Source: the human T2T-CHM13v2.0 reference genome, Homo sapiens
DNA: 64,000 nt
NCBI RefSeq assembly: GCF_009914755.1
Contig: NC_060948.1
Direction: 5' to 3' (one strand)
Both the position numbers and the translations under genes were made by a program. The notes beneath the pieces are model-generated. The model did no database searches. It was not told the origin of the DNA and saw nothing but the letters and a program-made list of their open reading frames with translations. Shown here in pieces: positions 14,101 to 27,440 of the stretch. The first letter of the stretch is position 1; each line of letters opens with the position of its first letter.

Positions 14101-17100
14101 AATATACTGGAATGTAATGTAATGAACTCGAATGTAATTGACTGGAATGGAATGTACATGAATGGAATGTAATCGAATGGAAAGTAATCCAATGGAATAG
14201 AATCTAATGCAATAAAACCGACTCACATAGAGTACAATGTAATGGAATGGAGTGCAGTGCAATGGAAGGGAATGGAATTGAATGCAATGGAATGGAATGG
14301 AATGGAATGGAATGGAATGGAATGGGATGGAATGGTATGGAATGGATAGTAATGGACTGGAGTGAAATGGACTGGAAAGGAATGGACTCAAATTGAAAGG
14401 GCTCGAAAGGAATGGAGTCAAATGGAATGGTCTGGAATGGAATGAACACGAATGTAATGCAATCCAATAGAATGGAATCGAATGGCATGGAATATAAAGA
14501 AATGGAATCGAAGAGAATGGAAACAAATGGAATGGAATTGAGTGGAATGGAATTGAATGGAATGGGAACGAATGGAATGAAATTGTATGCAGTAGAAGGG
14601 AATAGAATGGAATGCAAGCGAAAGGAAAGGAATGGATTGGAATGGAATGGAATTCATTGGAATGGAAGGGAATGTAGTGTAATGGACAGGCCTGGAATAA
14701 AGTGGAATGCTACGGTCTCGAATGGAATAAAAATGTATGGAATGGAATGCAATGAAACGGAATCGAATGTCATAGAATGTAATGGAATGCAACAAAATGG
14801 AATCCAAAATCATTGACTGGAAAGGCTGGGTGTCGAAAGGAATTGACTCCAATGGAATGGAATCGAATGGAATGGAAGTGAATAGAATCGAACTAAATCG
14901 AATGGAATGGAATTGATAGGAACGGAATGGAAAGGAATGCAATGATTTGGCATGGAATGGAATCGAATGGCATCGAATGGAATGGAATGGAATGCAATGG
15001 AATGGAATGTATTAGAATGTAATGAACTTTAATGGAATGTACTCGAATGGATTCGACTGGAATGGAATGTTCTGGAAGTGAATGGACTCCAATGGAATGG
15101 ATTCAAAAGGAATGGAATCGTACGGAATGGAATCTAATGGAATGGAATTAAATGGAAATGAATCAAATTGAATAGCACGGAATTGAATTGAATGGAATGG
15201 AATGCAATGGAATCTAATGAAACGGAAAGGATACGAATGGAATGGAATGGAATGGACTGGAATGGAAAGGAATCGAAACGAATGGAATGGAATCGAACTG
15301 AAGAGACTGGAATGGAATGCACTGGAATGGAAGGGAGTGTAATGGAAGGTTCTCGAAAAAAATGGAATCGAATGGAATGGAATTGAATGGAACGGAATAG
15401 AGTCGAATGGAATTGAATGGAATGGAATGGACTAGAGTGAAATGGAATCGAACCACAAGGAATGGACAGGAATAGAATGGTCTCGAATTGAATGGAATCG
15501 TATGGAATGGCATCAAACGGAATGGAATGGACAGCCACGGAATGGAATGCACTCGAATGCAATGGAGTCGAAACTAATGGACTGGAATAGAATGGACTCG
15601 ACTGGTACGGACTCCAATGGAATGGAATCGAATGGAAGGGAATCGAACGGAATGGACTCGAAGGGAAAAGACTGCAATGGAAAGGTCTCGAATGGAATGG
15701 AAATTAATGGAATGGAATGGAATCGAATGAAATGGAGTCAAAAGGAATGGAATCGAATGGCAAGAAATCGAATGTAATGGAATCGCAAGGAATTGATGTG
15801 AACGGAACGGAATGGAATGGAATCCAAAGGAATGGAATAGAATGGAATGGAATCGAATGGAAAGGACTCGAATGGAAATCACTCGAATAGAATGCAATTT
15901 AATAAAATAGGATCAAATGTAATGGAATGGAATGGAAAGGAATCGAAACGAAAGGAATGGAGACAGATGGAATGGAATGGAACAGAGAGCAATGGTATAG
16001 AATGGAATGGAATCATCTGGAATGGAATTGAATGGAATGGAATAATATGAAATGGAATGGAATGGAATGGAATGGAATGCCCTTGAATTAAATGGACTGG
16101 AATGGAATGGACTCGAACAGAGTGGAATGGAAAGAGTTGAGATAGAATGGAATGGACTCCTTTGGAATGGTCTAGTATGCAATGCAATCGACTGGCAGGG
16201 AATCAAAAGGAATGTAATGGAATGGATTGGAGTGGAATGCAATGGACAGGAATAGATTGGAAACGGAATGCAAAGGAATGGAATGGAATAGTATGGAATG
16301 GAATGGAAAGGAATGGAGTGGAATAGACTAGAGTGGAATGGAATGGACTGGAAAGCAATGGACTGGAATGGAACTTTCTTGAATGGACTGGAATCAAACG
16401 GAATGGAATGCAATGCAATCAAATGGCATGGAATAAAATAGAATGAAAGAGAATCAAATGGAATTGAATCGAATGGAATCGAATGGATTGGAAAGGAATA
16501 GAATGGAATGGAATGGAATTGACTCAAATGGAATGGACTAGAATGGAATGGATTCGAATGGAAGGCAAAGGAATGGAATCTATTGGAATGGACTGTAATG
16601 GAATGGAATGGAAGGGATTGGAATGGACTCGAATGGAATGGACTGCAATAGAAAGGATTCGAATGGAATGAAAAAGAATTGAATGGAATAGAACAGAATG
16701 GAATCAAATCGAATGAAATGGAATGGAATAGAAAGGAATGGAATGAAATGGAATGGAAAGGATTCGAATGGAATGCAATCGAATGGAATGGAATCGAACG
16801 GAATGGAATAAAATGGAAGAAAACTGGCAAGAAATGGAATCGAAATGAATGGAGTGTTTTGGAACGGACTCAAAAGGAATTGAATGTAATAGAATGGAGT
16901 GGAGTGGACTCGAATATAATGGACTGGAATGGAATGAAATCACATGGAATGGGAACGAATGGAATGGAATGGAAAGGAATGGAATCGAATGGAAAGGAAT
17001 CGAATGGAAGGGAATGAAATTGAATCAACAGGAATGGAAGGGAATAGAATAGACGGTAATGGAATGGACTCGAATAGAATGGACACGAATGCTCAAATTG

Positions 17101-20100
17101 AATGGACTCGAATGGAATGGAAACGAAAGGAATGTCATCGAATGGAATTGAATCGATTGGAATGAAATCGCATAGAATGGAGTGGAATCAAATGGAATTG
17201 AATCGAAAGGAAAGGAAGCGAATGGACTGAAATGAAATGGAATGGAATTGAATGGAAAGTAATGCAATGGAATAGAATGGAACGAAATTTCACGGAATGG
17301 AATCAAACTGAATGGAATCAAATCAATGGAATCTAATCAAATGGAATGGAAAGGAATTGAATGGAGTAGATTGGATTGGATGGGATTGGAATGAAATGTA
17401 CTGGAAAGGACTCGAATTTCATGAAACGGAATGGAATGAATTGGAACGGAATGGACTCGAATGGAATGGAATGTCATGGAATGGCATCAAATGGAATGGC
17501 ATCAAATGGAATGGAATCGAATGCAATGGAATGCTATGGAATGGAATGGAATGCATTGGAATGGAATGTCCTCTAATGGAATGGATTCGAGTGGAATGGA
17601 ATCGAATATAATGGAGTCGAATGAAATGGAATTGAAAGGAATGGGATCGAATAGAATGGAATATACTGGAATGTAATGTAATGAACTCGAATGTAATTGA
17701 CTGGAATGGAATGTACATGAATGGAATGTAATCGAATGGAAAGTAATCCAATGGAATAGAATCTAATGCAATAAAACCGACTCAGATAGAGTAGAATGTA
17801 ATGGAATGGAGTGCAGTGCAATGGAATGGAATGGAATTGAATGCAATGGAATGGAATGGAATGGAATGGAATGGAATGGAATGGGATGGAATGGGATGGA
17901 ATGGATAGTAATGGACTGGAGTGAAATGGACTGGAAAGGAATGGACTCAAATTGAAAGGGCTCGAAAGGAATGGAGTCAAATGGAATGGTCTGGAATGGA
18001 ATGAACACGAATGTAATGCAATCCAATAGAATGGAATCGAATGGCATGGAATATAAAGAAATGGATTCGAAGAGAATGGAAACAAATGGAATGGAATTGA
18101 ATGGAATGGAATTGAATGGAATGGGAACGAATGGAGTGAAATTGCATGCAGTAGAAGGGAATAGAATGGAATGCAAGCGAAAGGAAAGGAATGGATTGGA
18201 ATGGAATGGAATTCATTGGAATGGAAGGGAATGTAGTGTATTGGACAGGCCTGGAATAAAGTGGAATGCTACGGTCTCGAATGGAATAAAAATGTATGGA
18301 ATGGAATGCAATGAAACGGAATCGAATGTCATAGAATGTAATGGAATGCAACAAAATGGAATCCAAAATCTTTGACTGGAAAGGCTGGGTGTCGAAAGGA
18401 ATTGACTCCAATGGAATGGAATCGAATGGAATGGAAGTGAATAGAATCGAACTAAATCGAATGGAATGGAATTGATAGGAACGGAATGGAAAGGAATGCA
18501 ATGATTTGGCATGGAATGGAATCGAATGGCATCGAATGGAATGGAATGGAATGTAATGGAATGGAATGTATTAGAATGTAATGAGCTTTAATGGAATGTA
18601 CTCGAATGGATTCGACTGGAATGGAATGTTCTGGAAGTGAATGGACTCCAATGGAATGGATTCAAAAGGAATGGAATCGTACGGAATGGAATCTAATGGA
18701 ATGGAATTAAATGGAAATGAATCAAATTGAATAGCACGGAATTGAATTGAATGGAATGGAATGCAATGGAATCTAATGAAACGGAAAGGAAAGGAATGGA
18801 ATGGAATGGGCTGGAATGGAAAGGAATCGAAACGAATGGAATGGAATCGAACTGAAGAGACTGGAATGGAATGCACTGGAATGGAAGGGAGTGTAATGGA
18901 AGGTTCTCGAAAAAAATGGAATCGAATGGAATGGAATTGAATGGAACGGAATAGAGTCGAATGGAATTGAATGGAATGGAATGGACTAGAGTGAAATGGA
19001 ATCGAACCACAAGGAATGGACAGGAATAGAATGGTCTCGAATTGAATGGAATCGTATGGAATGGCATCAAACGGAATGGAATGGACAGCCACGGAATGGA
19101 ATGCACTCGAATGCAATGGAGTCGAAACTAATGGACTGGAATAGAATGGACTCGACTGGTACGGACTCCAATGGAATGGAATCGAATGGAAGGGAATCGA
19201 ACGGAATGGACTCGAAGGGAAAAGACTGCAATGGAAAGGTCTCGAATGGAATGGAAATTAATGGAATGGAATGGAATCGAATGAAATGGAGTCAAAAGGA
19301 ATGGAATCGAATGGCAAGAAATCGAATGTAATGGAATCGCAAGGAATTGATGTGAACGGAACGGAATGGAATGGAATCCAAAGGAATGGAATAGAATGGA
19401 ATGGAATCGAATGGAAAGGACTCGAATGGAAATCACTCGAATAGAATGCAATTTAATAAAATAGGATCAAATGTAATGGAATGGAATGGAAAGGAATCGA
19501 AACGAAAGGAATGGAGACAGACGGAATGGAATAGAACAGAGAGCAATGGTATAGAATGGAATGGAATCATCTGGAATGGAATTGAATGGAATGGAATAAT
19601 ATGAAATGGAATGGAATGGAATGGAATGGAATGTCCTTGAATTAAATGGACTGGAATGGAATGGACTCGAACAGAGTGGAATGGAAAGTGTTGAGATAGA
19701 ATGGAATGGACTCCTTTGGAATGGTGTAGTATGCAATGCAATCGACTGACATGGAATCAAAAGGAATGTAATGGAATGGATTGGACTGGAATGCAATGGA
19801 CTCGAATAGATTGCAAACGGAATGCAAAGGAATGGAATGGAATAGTATGGAATGGAATGGAAAGGAATGGAGTGGAATAGACTAGAGTGGAATGCAATGG
19901 ACTGGAAAGCAATGGACTGGAATGGAACTTTCTTGAATGGACTGGAATCAAACGGAATGGAATGCAATGCAATCAAATGGCATGGAATAAAATAGAATGA
20001 AAGAGAATCAAATGGAATTGAATCGAATGGAATCGAATGGATTGGAAAGGAATAGAATGGAATGGAATGGAATTGACTCAAATGGAATGGACTAGAATGG

Positions 20101-23100
20101 AATTGATTCGAATGGAAGGCAAAGGAATGGAATCTATTGGAATGGACTGTAATGGAATGGAATGGAAGGGATTGGAATGGACTCGAATGGAATGGACTGC
20201 AATAGAAAGGATTCGAATGGAATGAAAAAGAATTGAATGGAATAGAACAGAATGGAATCAAATCGAATGAAATGGAATGGAATAGAAAGGAATGGAATGA
20301 AATGGAATGGAAAGGATTCGAATGGAATGTAATCGAATGGAATGGAATCGAACGGAATGGAATAAAATGGAAGAAAACTGGCAAGAAATGGAATCGAAAT
20401 GAATGGAGTGTTATGGAACGGACTCAAAAGGAATTGAATGTAATAGAATGGAGTGGAGTGGACTCGAATATAATGGACTGGAATGGAATGAAATCACATG
20501 GAATGGGAACGAATGGAATGGAATGGAAAGGAATGGAATCGAATGGAAAGGAATCGAATGGAAGGGAATGAAATTGAATCAACAGGAATGGAAGGGAATA
20601 GAATAGACGGTAATGGAATGGACTCGAATAGAATGGACACGAATGCTCAAATTGAATGGACTCGAATGGAATGGAAACGAAAGGAATGTCATCGAATGGA
20701 ATTGAATCGATTGGAATGAAATCGCATAGAATGGAGTGGAATCAAATGGAATTGAATCGAAAGGAAAGGAAGTGAATGGACTGAAATGAAATGGAATGGA
20801 ATTGAATGGAAAGTAATGCAATGGAATAGAATGGAACGAAATTTCACGGAATGGAATCAAACTGAATGGAATCAAATCAATGGAATCAAATCAAATGGAA
20901 TGGAAAGGAATTGAATGGAGTAGATTGGATTGGATGGGATTGGAATGAAATGTACTGGAAAGGACTCGAATTTCATGAAACGGCATGGAATGAATTGGAA
21001 CGGAATGGACTCGAATGGAATGGAATGTCATGGAATGGCATCAAATGGAATGGCATCAAATGGAATGGAATCGAATGCAATGGAATGCTATGGAATGTAA
21101 TGGAATGCATTGGAATGGAATGTCCTCTAATGGAATGGATTCGAGTGGAATGGAATCGAATATAATGGAGTCGAATGAAATGGAATTGAAAGGAATGGGA
21201 TCGAATACAATGGAATATACTGGAATGTAATGTAATGAACTCGAATGTAATTGACTGGAATGGAATGTACATGAATGGAATGTAATCGAATGGAAAGTAA
21301 TCCAATGGAATAGAATCTAATGCAATAAAATCGACTCAGATAGAGTAGAATGTAATGGATTGGAGTGCAGTGCAATGGAATGGAATGGAATGGAATGCAA
21401 TTGAATGGAAAGGAATGGAATGGAATGGAATGGAATGGGATGGAATGGTATGGAATGGATAGTAATGGACTGGAGTGAAATGGACTGGAAAGGAATGGAC
21501 TCAAATTGAAAGGGCTCGAAAGGAATGGAGTCAAATGGAATGGTCTGGAATGGAATGAACACGAATGTAATGCAATCCAATAGAATGGAATCGAATGGCA
21601 TGGAATATAAAGAAATGGAATCGGAGAGAATGGAAACAAATGGAGTGGAATTGAATGGAATGGAATTGAATGGACTGCGAACGAATGGAGTGAAATTGTA
21701 TGCAGTAGAAGGGAATAGAATGGAATGCAAGCGAAAGGAAAGGAATGGATTGGAATGGAATGGAATTCATTGGAATGGAAGGGAATGTAGTGTAATGGAC
21801 AGGCCTGGAATAAAGTGGAATGCTACGGTCTCGAATGGAATAAAAATGTATGGAATGGAATGCAATGAAATGGAATCGAATGTCATAGAATGTAATGGAA
21901 TGCAACAAAATGGAATCCAAAATCATTGACTGGAAAGGGTGGGTGTCGAAAGGAATTGACTCCAATGGAATGGAATCGAATGGAATGGAAGTGAATAGAA
22001 TCGAACTAAATCGAATGGAATGGAATTGATAGGAACGGAATGGAAAGGAATGCAATGATTTGGCATGGAATGGAATCGAATGGCATCGAATGGAATGGAA
22101 TGGAATGCAATGGAATGGAATGTATTAGAATGTAATGAACTTTAATGGAATGTACTCGAATGGATTCGACTGGAATGGAATGTTCTGGAAGTGAATGGAC
22201 TCCAATGGAATGGATTCAAAAGGAATGGAATCGTACGGAATGGAATCTAATGGAATGGAATTAAATGGAAATGAATCAAATTGAATAGCACGCAATTGAA
22301 TTGAATGGAATGGAATGCAATGGAATCTAATGAAACGGAAAGGAAAGGAATGGAATGGAATGGAATGGGCTGGAATGGAAAGGAATCGAAACGAATGGAA
22401 TGGAATCGAACTGAAGAGACTGGAATGGAATGCACTGGAATGGAAGGGAGTGTAATGGAAGGTTCTCGAAAAAAATGGAATCGAATGGAATGGAATTGAA
22501 TGGAACGGAATAGAGTCGAATGGAATTGAATGGAATGGAATGGACTAGAGTGAAATGGAATCGAACCACAAGGAATGGACAGGAATAGAATGGTCTCGAA
22601 TTGAATGGAATCGTATGGAATGGCATCAAACGGAATGGAATGGACAGCCACGGAATGGAATGCACTCGAATGCAATGGAGTCGAAACTAATGGACTGGAA
22701 TAGAATGGACTCGACTGGTACGGACTCCAATGGAATGGAATCGAATGGAAGGGAATCGAACGGAATGGACTCGAAGGGAAAAGACTGCAATGGAAAGGTC
22801 TCGAATGGAATGGAAATTAATGGAATGGAATGGAATCGAATGAAATGGAGTCAAAAGGAATGGAATCGAATGGCAAGAAATCGAATGTAATGGAATCGCA
22901 AGGAATTGATGTGAACGGAACGGAATGGAATGGAATCCAAAGGAATGGAATAGAATGGAATGGAATCGAATGGAAAGGACTCGAATGGAAATCACTCGAA
23001 TAGAATGCAATTTAATAAAATAGGATCAAATGTAATGGAATGGAATGGAAAGGAATCGAAACGAAAGGAATGGAGACAGATGGAATGGAATGGAACAGAG

Positions 23101-24960
23101 AGCAATGGTATAGAATGGAATGGAATCATCTGGAATGGAATTGAATGGAATGGAATAATATGAAATGGAATGGAATGGAATGGAATGGAATGCCCTTGAA
23201 TTAAATGGACTGGAATGGAATGGACTCGAACAGAGTGGAATGGAAAGTGTTGAGATAGAATGGAATGGACTCCTTTGGAATGGTGTAGTATGCAATGCAA
23301 TCGACTGGCAGGGAATCAAAAGGAATGTAATCGAATGGATTGGACTGGAATGCAATGGACTCGAATAGATTGGAAACGGAATGCAAAGGAATGGAATGGA
23401 ATAGTATGGAATGGAATGGAAAGGAATGGAGTGGAATAGACTAGAGTGGAATGGAATGGACTGGAAAGCAATGGACTGGAATGGAACTTTCTTGAATGGA
23501 CTGGAATCAAACGGAATGGAATGCAATACAATCAAATGGCATGGAATAAAATAGAATGAAAGAGAATCAAATGGAATTGAATCGAATGGAATCGAATGGA
23601 TTGGAAAGGAATAGAATGGAATGGAATGGAATTGACTCAAATGGAATGGACTAGAATGGAATGGATTCGAATGGAAGGCAAAGGAATGGAATCTATTGGA
23701 ATGGACTGTAATGGAATGGAATGGAAGGGATTGGAATGGACTCGAATGGAATGGACTGCAATAGAAAGGATTCGAATGGAATGAAAAAGAATTGAATGGA
23801 ATAGAACAGAATGGAATCAAATCGAATGAAATGGAATGGAATAGAAAGGAATGGAATGAAATGGAATGGAAAGGATTCGAATGGAATGCAATCGAATGGA
23901 ATGGAATCGAACGGAATGGAATAAAATGGAAGAAAACTGGCAAGAAATGGAATCGAAATGAATGGAGTGTTATGGAACGGACTCAAAAGGAATTGAATGT
24001 AATAGAATGGAGTGGAGTGGACTCGAATATAATGGACTGGAATGGAATGAAATCACATGGAATGGGAACGAATGGAATGGAATGGAAAGGAATGGAATCG
24101 AATGGAAAGGAATCGAATGGAAGGGAATGAAATTGAATCAACAGGAATGGAAGGGAATAGAATAGACGGTAATGGAATGGACTCGAATAGAATGGACACG
24201 AATGCTAAAATTGAATGGACTCGAATGGAATGGAAACGAAAGGAATGTCATCGAATGGAATTGAATCGATTGGAATGAAATCGCATAGAATGGAGTGGAA
24301 TCAAATGGAATTGAATCGAAAGGAAAGGAAGCGAATGGACTGAAATGAAATGGAATGGAATTGAATGGAAAGTAATGCAATGGAATAGAATGGAACGAAA
24401 TTTCACGGAATGGAATCAAACTGAATGGAATCAAATCAATGGAATCAAATCAAATGGAATGGAAAGGAATTGAATGGAGTAGATTGGATTGGATGGGATT
24501 GGAATGAAATGTACTGGAAAGGACTCGAATTTCATGAAACGGAATGGAATGAATTGGAACGGAATGGACTCGAATGGAATGGAATGTCATGGAATGGCAT
24601 CAAATGGAATGGCATCAAATGGAATGGAATCGAATGCAATGGAATGCTATGGAATGGAATGGAATGTATTGGAATGGAATGTCCTCTAATGGAATGGATT
24701 CGAGTGGAATGGAATCGAATATAATGGAGTCGAATGAAATGGAATTGAAAGGAATGGGATCGAATACAATGGAATATACTGGAATGTAATGTAATGAACT
24801 CGAATGTAATTGACTGGAATGGAATGTACATGAATGGAATGTAATCGAATGGAAAGTAATCCAGTGGAATAGAATCTAATGCAATAAAACCGACTCAGAT
24901 AGAGTAGAATGTAATGGAATGGAGTGCAGTGCAATGGAAGGGAATGGAATTGAATGCAAT

Positions 24961-25015
24961 GGAATGGAATGGAATGGAATGGAATGGAATGGAATGGAAT
25001 GGAATGGAATGGAAT
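24961..25015 (+). repeat. Pure (GGAAT)11 tract at the length-variable site of the unit
   Basis: Counted directly. The paralogous site 48455-48529 has 15 pentamers, (GGAAT)8 CGAAT (GGAAT)6. Confidence 0.9.
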
Positions 25016-25379
25016 GGGATGGAATGGTATGGAATGGATAGTAATGGACTGGAGTGAAATGGACTGGAAAGGAATGGACTCAAATTGAAAGGGCTCGAAA
25101 GGAATGGAGTCAAATGGAATGGTCTGGAATGGAATGAACACGAAAGTAATGCAATCCAATAGAATGGAATCGAATGGCATGGAATATAAAGAAATGGAAT
25201 CGAAGAGAATGGAAACAAATGGAATGGAATTGAATGGAATGGAATTGAATGGAATGGGAACGAATGGAGTGAAATTGTATGCAGTAGAAGGGAATAGAAT
25301 GTAATGTAAGCGAAAGGAAAGGAATGGATTGGAATGGAATGGAATTCATTGGAATGGAAGGGAATGTAGTGTAATGGAC

Positions 25380-27440
25380 AGGCCTGGAATAAAGTGGAAT
25401 GCTACGGTCTCGAATGGAATAAAAATGTATGGAATGGAATGTAATGAAACGGAATCGAATGTCATAAAATGTAATGGAATGCAAAAAAATGGAATCCAAA
25501 ATCATTGACTGGAAAGGCTGGGTGTCGAAAGGAATTGACTCCAATGGAATGGAATCGAATGGAATGGAAGTGAATAGAATCGAACTAAATCGAATGGAAT
25601 GGAATTGATAGGAACGGAATGGAAAGGAATGCAATGATTTGGCATGGAATGGAATCGAATGGCATCGAATGGAATGGAATGGAATGCAATGGAATGGAAT
25701 GTATTAGAATGTAATGAACTTTAATGGAATGTACTCGAATGGATTCGACTGGAATGGAATGTTCTGGAAGTGAATGGGCTCCAATGGAATGGAATCAAAA
25801 GGAATGGAATCGTACGGAATGGAATCTAATGGAATGGAATTAAATGGAAATGAATCAAATTGAATAGCACGGAATTGAATTGAATGGAATCGAATGCAAT
25901 GGAATCTAATGAAACGGAAAGGAAAGGAATGGAATGGAATGGAATGGGCTGGAATGGAAAGGAATCGAAACGAATGGAATGGAATCGAACTGAAGAGACT
26001 GGAATGGAATGCACTGGAATGGAAGGGAGTGTAATGGAAGGTTCTCGAAAGAAATGGAATCGAATGGAATGGAATTGAATGGAACGGAATAGAGTCGAAT
26101 GGAATTGAATGGAATGGAATGGACTAGAGTGAAATGGAATCGAACCACAAGGAATGGACAGGAATAGAATGGTCTCGAATTGAATGGAATCGTATGGAAT
26201 GGCATCAAACGGAATGGAATGGACAGCCACGGAATGGAATGCACTCGAATGCAATGGAGTCGAAACTAATGGACTGGAATAGAATGGACTCGACTGGTAC
26301 GGACTCCAATGGAATGGAATCGAATGGAAGGGAATCGAACGGAATGGACTCGAAGGGAAAAGACTGCAATGGAAAGGTCTCGAATGGAATGGAAATTAAT
26401 GGAATGGAATGGAATCGAATGAAATGGAGTCAAAAGGAATGGAATCGAATGGCAAGAAATCGAATGTAATGGAATCGCAAGGAATTGATGTGAACGGAAC
26501 GGAATGGAATGGAATCCAAAGGAATGGAATAGAATGGAATGGAATCGAATGGAAAGGACTCGAATGGAAATCACTCGAATAGAATGCAATTTAATAAAAT
26601 AGGATCAAATGTAATGGAATGGAATGGAAAGGAATCGAAACGAAAGGAATGGAGACAGATGGAATGGAATGGAACAGAGAGCAATGGTATAGAATGGAAT
26701 GGAATCATCTGGAATGGAATTGAATGGAATGGAATAATATGAAATGGAATGGAATGGAATGGAATGGAATGCCCTTGAATTAAATGGACTGGAATGGAAT
26801 GGACTCGAACAGAGTGGAATGGAAAGTGTTGAGATAGAATGGAATGGACTCCTTTGGAATGGTCTAGTATGCAATGCAATCGACTGGCAGGGAATCAAAA
26901 GGAATGTAATGGAATGGATTGGACTGGAATGCAATGGACAGGAATAGATTGGAAACGGAATGCAAAGGAATGGAATGGAATAGTATGGAATGGAATGGAA
27001 AGGAATGGAGTGGAATAGACTAGAGTGGAATGCAATGGACTGGAAAGCAATGGACTGGAATGGAACTTTCTTGAATGGACTGGAATCAAACGGAATGGAA
27101 TGCAATGCAATCAAATGGCATGGAATAAAATAGAATGAAAGAGAATCAAATGGAATTGAATCGAATGGAATCGAATGGATTGGAAAGGAATAGAATGGAA
27201 TGGAATGGAATTCACTCAAATGGAATGGACTAGAATGGAATGGATTCGAATGGAAGGCAAAGGAATGGAATCTATTGGAATGGACTGTAATGGAATGGAA
27301 TGGAATTGAATGGAATGGGAACGAATGGAGTGAAATTGTATGCAGTAGAAGGGAATAGAATGGAATGCAAGCAAAAGGAAAGAAATGGATTGGAATGGAA
27401 TGGAATTCATTGGAATGGAAGGGAATGTAGTGTAATGGAC
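25380..27440 (+). repeat. Truncated macro-unit (2061 bp) with ~1.5 kb internal deletion, copy 1
   Basis: At 27281-27325, ...ggactgtaatggaatggaatggaa joins directly to ttgaatggaatgggaacgaatgg, skipping the aaaactggcaag / tcctct / cgactcagatagag segment. Confidence 0.95.

Noticed and set aside
17329-17340. DUX4-like motif (GAATCTAATCA; also AAATTGAATCA at 2811)
   Set aside because: Both mismatch the TAAT first half-site of the consensus, so they are too weak to call.
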